Assembly: GCF_030269905.1 (NCBI RefSeq)
Contig: NZ_BSVC01000002.1
Location: 12,419-36,418, forward strand
Direction: 5' to 3'
DNA from: Pelosinus sp. IPA-1
GTDB lineage: Bacteria > Bacillota > Negativicutes > DSM-13327
Length of the DNA: 24,000 bases
Below the pieces are notes generated by a model. That model did not search any database and was not told the origin of the DNA. It saw only the letters and a program-made list of their open reading frames with translations. A program made the position numbers and the translations under genes. Positions within the stretch are counted from its first letter, which is position 1; each line of letters opens with the position of its first letter. Of the stretch, positions 8,095 through 15,486 are shown piece after piece.

Positions 8095-8865
8095 ATGAGT
8101 GAGCTATATCATATTGGTTTAACTCCAGAACAAGGGGCCCTATATGCCATACTTCCCGGTGATCCGGGCCGTGTAGAAAAAATTGCCCAGTTACTGGAGA
8201 ATCCCGTATTTGTAAAATCCAACCGAGAATATAAAACCTATGCTGGAACATTGCAGGGGGAGCGAGTGCTGGTGACCTCTACTGGTATCGGCGGTCCTTC
8301 AACTGCCATAGCCATAGAAGAATTATATATGGCAGGCGTGAGGACTTTTATCCGAATTGGTACATGTGGCGGTATGCAGCAAGATATTATGAGTGGGGAT
8401 ATAATAATTGCAACTGCCGCGATTCGTATGGAGGGGACTTCAAAAGAATATGCACCAATTGAATACCCGGCAGTTGCTGATTTTGATACTGCTTGTGCGT
8501 TAGTTAATGCAGCAAAACAGCTAGGCAATCGCTTTCATACTGGCGTAGTCCAGTGCAAAGACTCATTTTATGGACAACATAGCCCTAGTCGAATGCCGAT
8601 AGGTGATGAATTACTTTACAAGTGGGAGGCTTGGATTAAAACTGGCTGTCTAGCTTCTGAAATGGAGTCTGCGGCGCTGTATACAGTAGCAAGTGTGCTG
8701 CGAGCGCGGGCGGGCTGCGTATTATCGGTAGTTTGGAATCAGGAGCGTGAGAAAGCAGGATTATCTAATCAAGCTGTTCATGATACAACAGCAGCGATCG
8801 CCGTTGCAGTAGAAGCTGTAAGTTTGTTGATTATCCAGGATCAGAGAATGAAGGAAGGGCGCTAA
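8095..8865 (+). CDS. udp: Uridine phosphorylase (PNP/UDP-1 family)
   Basis: Colinear with E. coli Udp as I remember it: [65 protein letters not shown] rather than the GMGIPS of DeoD. ATG at 8095 lies 9 nt after GAGGAGG; the track TTG at 8077 overlaps the RBS. Confidence 0.8.
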   Translation: MSELYHIGLTPEQGALYAILPGDPGRVEKIAQLLENPVFVKSNREYKTYAGTLQGERVLVTSTGIGGPSTAIAIEELYMAGVRTFIRIGTCGGMQQDIMSGDIIIATAAIRMEGTSKEYAPIEYPAVADFDTACALVNAAKQLGNRFHTGVVQCKDSFYGQHSPSRMPIGDELLYKWEAWIKTGCLASEMESAALYTVASVLRARAGCVLSVVWNQEREKAGLSNQAVHDTTAAIAVAVEAVSLLIIQDQRMKEGR

Positions 8866-8895
8866 ATCAAGGGCGCACTTATCCAGGGATTTAGC

Positions 8896-8950
8896 CGCTC
8901 TTAACTCCCACTTATATAAGTGAGCCTTGGATTCGAAAATCCTTAGAGCG
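8896..8950 (+). promoter_or_regulatory. Compact three-way-junction RNA fold in the transporter leader (class unknown)
   Basis: P1 CGCUCU(8896-8901)/AGAGCG(8945-8950). P2 CUC-cc-ACUU...AAGU-GAG (8905-8924). P3 GGAUU-CGAA-AAUCC (8929-8942). Junctions of 0-3, 4 and 0-2 nt, depending on whether two bulged A-U pairs extend P1. Confidence 0.3.
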
Positions 8951-8965
8951 AACTTACTTCGAGTT

Positions 8966-8998
8966 TTACAGACTGTTATAGGATATTACAGGCTGTTA
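8966..8998. repeat. Two tandem 13-nt near-identical palindromic boxes TTACAGRCTGTTA
   Basis: TTACAGACTGTTA (8966-8978) and TTACAGGCTGTTA (8986-8998), 20 nt start-to-start. Each contains the ACAG-N-CTGT dyad. Together they can also form a 13-bp RNA hairpin with 2 mismatches. Confidence 0.6.
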
Positions 8999-9008
8999 AC
9001 GAGATGAA

Positions 9009-9077
9009 GATGGGAGTCTTAGAGAGGTTTAGTCATCGGATAAATCTTTTCATAAAGTAGACATGTGTCCTTTTTTT
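9009..9077 (+). promoter_or_regulatory. PyrR-box-like hairpin plus weak terminator-like hairpin and U7 (candidate attenuator)
   Basis: AGUCUUAGAGAGGUU (9015-9029) matches the PyrR consensus ARUCCAGAGAGGYU with one substitution and one inserted U. It is flanked by a GAUG/CAUC lower stem. It is followed by GGAUAAAUCUUUUC-AUAAA-GUAGACAUGUGUCC and UUUUUUU (9038-9077). Confidence 0.3.
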
Positions 9078-9142
9078 ACAGCATGCTTCATAATAAAATT
9101 TAAGTAAATTCTGAAATTTGGAATAATTAGGAGGAGAAAGAA

Positions 9143-10243
9143 ATGAATAAAAAATGCTTACCTCTATTATTACTTTTGATCGTTATGTCCGTCTTTTTTC
9201 TAGGGTGTTCTAGCAAGCAAGAGACGAAAGCTCCTGCTTCTGGTAACCTAATGGTTGGCATGGTTACTGATGCTGGCACAATTGATGACAAATCCTTTAA
9301 TCAAGGGACATGGGAAGGAATTATGAAAGCTGGTACTGATTTTTCTTTTAAGCCTAAGTATCTTCGGCCCAACGGTACAACAGAAGCGGACTATGATAAA
9401 GAAATTGCTAATTTACATGACGCAGGCTACAAACTTATCATAACACCTGGATTTAAATTTGAAAATTCAATTTTTACCGCCCAAGACAAATATGCAGATA
9501 CGAAATTCGTATTGCTCGATGGCGTTCCTCACCCAGGCAGCGACTATTCTAAAACAAAGGTAGGCAACAATACTGTTTCCATCAACTTTGCTGAACATGA
9601 GGCCGGTTTTATGGCGGGAGTTGCGGCAGCATTACAAATTAAAAACGGTGAGTTTGGTTTTATTGGCGGCATGGAAATTCCAGCGGTACAGCGTTTTAAC
9701 TGGGGATTCCAGCAAGGTGTTACTTATGCGAATGCCAACCTAGGGACGAAAATTGGTCTTAAAGCCGAAAATGTTATCTATCAAGGGACTTTCAATGATG
9801 TAGCAGCTGGACAGCAGTTGGCTGCACAGATGTATGACAAAGGCGTCAATGTTATCTTCGCTGCAGCTGGCGGAGTCGGTGTAGGTGTCATTAATGAAGC
9901 CGTGGCCCGTACCAAAGCAAATCATCCAGTCTGGGTGGTTGGGGTTGACGTAGATCAGTATTCACAGGGCTTCTACGATGAGGGAAAAACTAAATCCGTT
10001 ATTTTGACCTCTGCTGTGAAATGTATTAATCAAGCTGCCTATGATATGATCAAAGGCTTAAAAGATGGTACATTCCCTGGTGGTCAAACCCTTACTTTTA
10101 ATGCAAAAAATGATGGAGTAGGTATTCCTGGCAACAATCCGAATTTGAGAGAGGATGTTGTGAGTAAGGTTAAGGAAGTATTTGGAAATCTGAAAGCGGG
10201 TAAGATTACGGTAGCAGCAAAAGGCGATGGCCTATTCCGTTAA
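9143..10243 (+). CDS. BMP-family (PnrA/Med/NupN-like) ABC transporter substrate-binding lipoprotein, probable nucleoside binder
   Basis: Signal peptide with lipobox FFLGC. Motifs VTDAGTIDDKSFNQGTWEG, FIGGMEIPAVQRF and VWVVGVDVDQ are typical of basic membrane protein family nucleoside-binding proteins. AGGAGG RBS. Confidence 0.85.
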   Translation: MNKKCLPLLLLLIVMSVFFLGCSSKQETKAPASGNLMVGMVTDAGTIDDKSFNQGTWEGIMKAGTDFSFKPKYLRPNGTTEADYDKEIANLHDAGYKLIITPGFKFENSIFTAQDKYADTKFVLLDGVPHPGSDYSKTKVGNNTVSINFAEHEAGFMAGVAAALQIKNGEFGFIGGMEIPAVQRFNWGFQQGVTYANANLGTKIGLKAENVIYQGTFNDVAAGQQLAAQMYDKGVNVIFAAAGGVGVGVINEAVARTKANHPVWVVGVDVDQYSQGFYDEGKTKSVILTSAVKCINQAAYDMIKGLKDGTFPGGQTLTFNAKNDGVGIPGNNPNLREDVVSKVKEVFGNLKAGKITVAAKGDGLFR

Positions 10244-10263
10244 TTAGAATGTGAGAGGCCCTT

Positions 10264-10331
10264 AAAAAAGGTCCGGAAGTGGAGAGAGCTCAGCTTGTCT
10301 ATGGGCGGTTCTTCTGTCCGGACCTGTTTTT
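10264..10331 (+). terminator. Intercistronic hairpin / partial terminator between the binding-protein and ATPase genes
   Basis: AAAAAAGGUCCGGAAG (10264-10279) pairs with CUUC-ugu-CCGGACC (10311-10324) and is followed by UGUUUUU. The large internal loop contains a GAGCTC palindrome. Confidence 0.35.
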
Positions 10332-10360
10332 GTAAGAATCTTAGTAGGGGAGGCAAAGAG

Positions 10361-11896
10361 ATGGAGTATGTCGTAGAAATGCGAGGCATACGCAAAGAAT
10401 TCGAAGGAATTATAGCCAATGATGAAGTTACGTTAGCTGTTAAACAAGGTGAAATACATGCTCTATTGGGAGAAAATGGTGCAGGAAAATCTACACTGAT
10501 GAGTATCTTGTTTGGCCTATATCAGCCTGACCGCGGTAATATTTTTGTACGCGGCCAGGAAGTACATATCAATAATCCTAATGTGGCTTATGAACTTGGT
10601 ATTGGGATGGTCCATCAGCATTTTAAGTTAGTTCATAATTTTACAATTACCGAAAATATTATTTTGGGGCAAGAACCTAACAGATTTGGCGTACTGAATA
10701 CCGTTTCAGCTGCTAAGCGCATAAAAGATCTGTCGATTCGTTATGGCTTAAATGTGGACCCGGATGCTAAGATTGAGGATGTTTCGGTAGGTATGCAACA
10801 ACGCGTTGAAATTTTAAAGATGTTATATCGCAATGCTGAGGTACTCATTTTTGATGAGCCAACGGCAGTACTTACACCTCAGGAAATACTTGATCTGATG
10901 AAAATTATGAGAAATCTAGTAGTGGAAGGAAAATCAATTATTCTCATAACACATAAGCTGAAAGAAATTAAGGCAGTAGCTGATCGCTGCACAGTAATAA
11001 GGCGTGGCCGATATGTTGGAACCGTTGACGTAGCTTCTACTAGTGAAAAAGAAATGGCTGAAATGATGGTAGGCCGCCAAATATCCTTTACTGTGGCAAA
11101 AGAAAAGCGAGAGCCTGGAGATGTCTTGTTACAGATAGAGAATCTTACGGTCATGAATAATGCGAAAGCAGCAGCTTTGAAAAATTTTACCCTTGGGGTG
11201 CACGCTGGCGAAATTGTGGGTGTCGCAGGGGTCGATGGCAATGGACAAACGGAGTTGGTAGAAGCAATTACAGGTCTTAGAAAAGCTGCCTCCGGATCGA
11301 TTTTGCTAAATGGTAATGATATAACCAAAATGACAATCAAACAGCGTATTGATGCGGGCCTTGCTCATGTGCCCGAGGATCGGCACAAGCATGGTCTAGT
11401 TTTAGATTATAGCCTGGAAGATAACATGGTGTTAGAAATTTATGGACGAGAACCCTTCTCAAAAAATAGCCTCCTCAACCGTAGAGCAATTCGTCAGTAT
11501 GCAGAGGAGATTATGGGGCATTTTGATGTACGTTCAGCGCAGGGAGCGATAACTAGTGCTCGATCCTTATCGGGTGGGAATCAGCAGAAGGCGATCATCG
11601 GCCGTGAAATAAGTTTGAATCCGAAGGTGCTGATTGCAGTACAGCCTACCCGGGGACTGGATGTAGGGTCAATTGAATATATTCATAAACGTCTGGTTGC
11701 CCAGCGGGATGCAGGCTATGCAGTCCTTTTGGTATCACTCGAACTAGATGAAATATTGAATCTTTCAGATCGCATCGTGGTTGTCAGTAACGGTGAGCAA
11801 ATTGGTTTCGTCAGTGCTGCTGAGACAAATGAGTGTAAGATAGGATTGATGATGGCTGGAATCCGAAGGGAGGAGCAGGAGGATGACAAAATTTAA
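10361..11896 (+). CDS. ABC transporter ATP-binding protein, duplicated ATPase (CUT2 / nucleoside type)
   Basis: Two ABC cassettes: Walker A GENGAGKST and the degenerate GVDGNGQTE, signatures VSVGMQQRVEI and LSGGNQQK, Walker B LIFDEPT. I prefer the ATG at 10361 behind AGGGGAGG over the track start at 10295, which runs through the hairpin. Confidence 0.9.
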   Translation: MEYVVEMRGIRKEFEGIIANDEVTLAVKQGEIHALLGENGAGKSTLMSILFGLYQPDRGNIFVRGQEVHINNPNVAYELGIGMVHQHFKLVHNFTITENIILGQEPNRFGVLNTVSAAKRIKDLSIRYGLNVDPDAKIEDVSVGMQQRVEILKMLYRNAEVLIFDEPTAVLTPQEILDLMKIMRNLVVEGKSIILITHKLKEIKAVADRCTVIRRGRYVGTVDVASTSEKEMAEMMVGRQISFTVAKEKREPGDVLLQIENLTVMNNAKAAALKNFTLGVHAGEIVGVAGVDGNGQTELVEAITGLRKAASGSILLNGNDITKMTIKQRIDAGLAHVPEDRHKHGLVLDYSLEDNMVLEIYGREPFSKNSLLNRRAIRQYAEEIMGHFDVRSAQGAITSARSLSGGNQQKAIIGREISLNPKVLIAVQPTRGLDVGSIEYIHKRLVAQRDAGYAVLLVSLELDEILNLSDRIVVVSNGEQIGFVSAAETNECKIGLMMAGIRREEQEDDKI

Positions 11897-12953
11897 TATA
11901 AAAATTAATAAAGATGCACTGATCCTGCTTTTAACAATTCTTTTAGGTTTATTAGCTGGTGCTTTATTTATGTTAGCGGCTGGTCATGATCCTTTGCTTG
12001 GCTATGAATTTTTGTTTCGGGGCGGTCTAATGAGCTTAGAGCGAATTGGCAATACGCTGGCTACCGCAACACCGCTAATTTTCACTGGTTTGTCAGTTGC
12101 TTTTGCGTTTAAAACAGGTCTTTTTAATATTGGTGCAGCGGGACAGATGTTATTTGGTGGTTTTTGTGCTACGGCTATTGGTCTAACACTGGAGCTTCCA
12201 AAGCCTATGCTGTTAACTGTTATGGCTATAACTGCTATGGTGTCTGGTGCATTATGGGCAGCACTGCCAGGCTGGTTTAAAGCAAGGTTTAATGTCCATG
12301 AAGTGGTTTCGACGATTATGTTTAATTGGATAGCCTACTGGATTGTCTATTATTTTGTACCTTCGTATTTTAAGGGGGCCTTTGAAACTGAGTCACGGAA
12401 TATTCCAATTGAGGCATCTTTACGTAGTGAAGGGTTATCTCAATTATTCAATGGCTCATATATTAATATTGGCTTATTCTTAGCGGTGGTGGCTGTACTA
12501 GTAAGTGCATTCATCTTGCAGCGTACAACACTTGGTTTTGAGCTCAAGGCAGTCGGCTTTAATCGCTATGCGGCAGAATACGCAGGCATCAATGCTAGCC
12601 GTAGCATTGTACTTTCTATGATGATTGCTGGAGCATTGGCAGGATTAGGCGGTATGACCCTCTACTCAGGTTACGCAACGAATATTCAGATTGGCGTGCT
12701 GCCTTCTCAAGGAATTGATGGCATTGCAGTTTCCTTGCTCGGTGCTAATTCACCCTGGGGAGTCTTAGCAGCCGCCTTGTTTTTTGGAGTATTGTATTCA
12801 GGTAAGGGATTTATGAATGCAATGACCAGTATTCCGCCTGAAATTGCCGATACAATAATTGCAACGATCATTTATTTTGCCGCAACCAATGTACTGATTT
12901 GCAAGCTTCTTGATAAGATAAAAAGTAAAGATAGAAACAAAGGAGGCAATTAG
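11883..12953 (+). CDS. ABC transporter permease (BMP-type system, first permease)
   Basis: 356-aa polytopic membrane protein. It overlaps the ATPase stop by 14 nt and has an AAGGGAGGAG RBS. Typical motifs for this permease family: NIGAAGQM and IDGIAVSLLG. Confidence 0.85.
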   Translation: MTKFNIKINKDALILLLTILLGLLAGALFMLAAGHDPLLGYEFLFRGGLMSLERIGNTLATATPLIFTGLSVAFAFKTGLFNIGAAGQMLFGGFCATAIGLTLELPKPMLLTVMAITAMVSGALWAALPGWFKARFNVHEVVSTIMFNWIAYWIVYYFVPSYFKGAFETESRNIPIEASLRSEGLSQLFNGSYINIGLFLAVVAVLVSAFILQRTTLGFELKAVGFNRYAAEYAGINASRSIVLSMMIAGALAGLGGMTLYSGYATNIQIGVLPSQGIDGIAVSLLGANSPWGVLAAALFFGVLYSGKGFMNAMTSIPPEIADTIIATIIYFAATNVLICKLLDKIKSKDRNKGGN

Positions 12954-12955
12954 GT

Positions 12956-13900
12956 ATGTGGATCATTTTTGAACAGATATCACCTTATGCTGTAGCCTAT
13001 ATGATTCCTCTGCTGATTACTGCCTTAGGAGGTTTATATTCCGAGCGTAGTGGTGTTGTAAATATCGGTTTGGAGGGTTTGATGGTTGTTGGTTCCTTCG
13101 CAGGTGCACTGACTATTTTTTCACTGCAAGCCACCATGCATAGTGATGCCCTTTGGTTAGGGCTTCTGGTTGCCGCAGCGGCTGGTGCAATTTTTTCCCT
13201 GCTCCATGCGTTTGCCAGCGTTAGTTTGAATGCCAATCAAGTTATTAGTGGCACGGCGATTAATATGATCGCAGGATCATTGACTGTATTTATAGCTCGT
13301 AATCTGACCGGCAGCGGCAATATACAGGTTGCAAGCTTTACTCGTTTCAATGTACCAGGACTTAGTGAACTGCCCATTATTGGGAAGAGCTTATTTACCA
13401 ATACCTATGCCACGACATGGCTGGTGCTTGGCATCCTGGTGATTTCCTATTATGTACTCTATAAGACAGTATTTGGTTTGCGTTTGCGTGCTTGCGGCGA
13501 GCATCCTCACGCTGCTGATGCAGCTGGTATTAACGTATATCGGATGCGTTATATAGCAGTTGCCATTTCTGGTGCTTTATCTGGGCTTGGTGGTGCAATC
13601 ATTCTGACGACTTACTCTGGTGAGTTTAATGGAACAGTCTTTGGCCTTGGATTCTTAGCTTTGGCGGCACTAATTTTTGGACAATGGAAACCTTTAGGGA
13701 TTCTTGGTGCTACACTCTTTTTTGGTTTTGCCAGCACAATAGCTAATGTTGCCCAAGTGAGCCCGGTGCTTGCTCAGATCCCAGGAGTTGCTTTGAAAAT
13801 TTTCCCATATGTGATTACACTGTTAGTCCTGGTACTCTTTTCTAAATCTTCTCAGCCTCCACGGGCTTCCGGTGAGCCCTTTGAACATGGCAAACGTTAA
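12956..13900 (+). CDS. ABC transporter permease (BMP-type system, second permease)
   Basis: 314-aa polytopic membrane protein starting 2 nt after the previous stop, with an AAAGGAGG RBS. Motifs NIGLEGLM and RACGEHPHAADAAGINV are typical of the second permease of nucleoside/CUT2 systems. Confidence 0.85.
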   Translation: MWIIFEQISPYAVAYMIPLLITALGGLYSERSGVVNIGLEGLMVVGSFAGALTIFSLQATMHSDALWLGLLVAAAAGAIFSLLHAFASVSLNANQVISGTAINMIAGSLTVFIARNLTGSGNIQVASFTRFNVPGLSELPIIGKSLFTNTYATTWLVLGILVISYYVLYKTVFGLRLRACGEHPHAADAAGINVYRMRYIAVAISGALSGLGGAIILTTYSGEFNGTVFGLGFLALAALIFGQWKPLGILGATLFFGFASTIANVAQVSPVLAQIPGVALKIFPYVITLLVLVLFSKSSQPPRASGEPFEHGKR

Positions 13901-13993
13901 GTGCCTACAGAATCAAGAAGTCTTTCTTTTGGCAATATATATAACATTAATATACTATATAACCTTTAATAGTTATCGTATATAAAATAAGAG

Positions 13994-14031
13994 CAACTCC
14001 TTAGGTTTAGTTCCTAAGGAGTTGTTTGTTT
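13994..14031. terminator. Strong bidirectional terminator
   Basis: Perfect 12-bp stem CAACUCCUUAGG / CCUAAGGAGUUG with a 7-nt loop. UUUGUUU follows on the + strand and CUCUUAUUUU on the - strand. It lies between the convergent ABC operon and the GNAT-cNMP gene. Confidence 0.75.
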
Positions 14032-14094
14032 AATTCTTTAGCTTATGATAATGTATCGGCAGTTAAAAGGCTTACATTGCATTAAAATATTGAT

Positions 14095-15255
14095 TTATTT
14101 GCTATAACGTAGTTTGATAATGTTTTGTACGACCCTGTGGGCAATTTCAGGATTAGAATGGGAGAACTTTTGAAATGAAGTACCTGAGAGTGCCAATATT
14201 TCTACTGAGTCAGTGGCAACAATGTCTTCCGTGTTCTTATTGTGCTCGGTTAATCCGTTTGCACCAAAGTTTTGCCCAGGCAAAGAATATTCCTTAACTG
14301 GATGAAGGAAGGTTAGTGATTTTAGCTTGCCAGAAAGTAATATATTGTAGGTGTAGCTGACATCACCTTGGGTAGTAATTAGATTGCCTGGATCACATAG
14401 TACATAACTGGCGCAGCAATGGAGGAATTTTTTTGCCTCTGCTATTGATAAATTACTCAATATAGCTATGGATTCCGTTGGCGGACAAGCCAAACGCTCA
14501 CTTAAAACAGTCCATAACTTTTCTTCCGTAACGCTTTGGCTATTCATTATAGGGGAATGCTGGATGAATTTATTATGGAACCATTCTACTGCTTCCGTAT
14601 TAACTGCTCCTCTTTTTCGCGCTATGCGAAAAAGGGGAGATCGTACCATACGTAGATATTGAATATCATTAATAAGTAAGACTATAGGAGTCAGTAATCC
14701 ATAGTCTGGGGAAAATATATTTTTGCAATAGCGATGAGTGCCCATTTTCTCATAAAGACGTATCAAATGCAAATTGCAGATCCCAAACATGAATTGTACC
14801 TGGTTGCTGCAACAAAGCTCATAACATTTTGCCATAAGTAGGTAAAATGCTTGCGAACTTCGGTGAGCGGGAGCTATCATTATTTTAGTAGTTAAGGCAA
14901 ATTTTTGATTTCCACCTTCCGTATAACAATCTTGAAATGCGTGTAGAGATAAAAAATCGATCTCTTCCCGTGGAAAGTCGTCAATAGTGCCAATATTGAT
15001 CCGCGCTGTAGCAATTAGCTCTGAGCCTATTTTAACAAATAGTAGAGTGCCCCATTCATCAAATTCGTCATATAATAGCTTGTTTACATTGTCTACCTTC
15101 TCAATACGTTTAGACATTTCTTCTATATAAATCTGGTAACGAAATTGATATATTTCCCGTTTTTCTAGTGAAGTACTGGCTATACCAATGTTTATTGATC
15201 CTTCGGTAATTTCTTCTGTTGCATGGGATATTGATTTTTGATAGGTATTTGTCAT
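14095..15255 (-). CDS. Fusion protein: OlsB/FeeM-like N-acyltransferase (GNAT fold) N-terminal domain plus degenerate cyclic-nucleotide-binding-like C-terminal domain
   Basis: 386-aa ORF with a GAGGAGAG RBS. The N-terminal pattern REIYQFRYQIYIEEM ... YDEFDEWGTLLFVKIGSELIATARI ... LIRLYEKMG matches N-acyl amino acid synthase / ornithine-lipid acyltransferase type GNATs. The C-terminal 120 aa have the cNMP beta-roll pattern, but the cassette reads FGANGLTEHNKNTEDIVA and so lacks the canonical Glu and Arg. Confidence 0.6.
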   Translation of the reverse strand: MTNTYQKSISHATEEITEGSINIGIASTSLEKREIYQFRYQIYIEEMSKRIEKVDNVNKLLYDEFDEWGTLLFVKIGSELIATARINIGTIDDFPREEIDFLSLHAFQDCYTEGGNQKFALTTKIMIAPAHRSSQAFYLLMAKCYELCCSNQVQFMFGICNLHLIRLYEKMGTHRYCKNIFSPDYGLLTPIVLLINDIQYLRMVRSPLFRIARKRGAVNTEAVEWFHNKFIQHSPIMNSQSVTEEKLWTVLSERLACPPTESIAILSNLSIAEAKKFLHCCASYVLCDPGNLITTQGDVSYTYNILLSGKLKSLTFLHPVKEYSLPGQNFGANGLTEHNKNTEDIVATDSVEILALSGTSFQKFSHSNPEIAHRVVQNIIKLRYSK

Positions 15256-15425
15256 AATTATCTCTCCTCGTAAAATGTTTTTTTAGATAGATTTTCGCAG
15301 TAAAGTATTATTTCGTCATAAATAATCACCTCTTACTGAGAGAATACGGATAAAATGGACATAATTCCTACAAAAATGTAAAAATGTGCCGAAAAAGGTA
15401 AAAATATATATAATTTGAGCAAATG

Positions 15426-15470
15426 AAAAAGCCCTTTTTCAGGAGTAGTGCTTTACTCGCTGAAAAGGGC
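15426..15470 (-). terminator. Rho-independent terminator of the histidine kinase gene
   Basis: On the - strand: GCCCUUUUCAG, loop, CUGAAAAAGGGC, then UUUUU. It lies 17 nt downstream of the kinase stop. Confidence 0.7.
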
Positions 15471-15486
15471 TAAGTTGATTTGAAAT

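Noticed and set aside
8896-8950. The three-way junction considered as a purine/guanine or 2'-deoxyguanosine riboswitch, given the nucleoside-transport context.
   Set aside because: The architecture is superficially similar, but the conserved purine-riboswitch junction and loop nucleotides (for example the UAUAAUCGCGUGGAUAUGG and CCGUAAAUG type segments) are absent, and the junctions are nearly zero-length. It is kept only as an unclassified structure.
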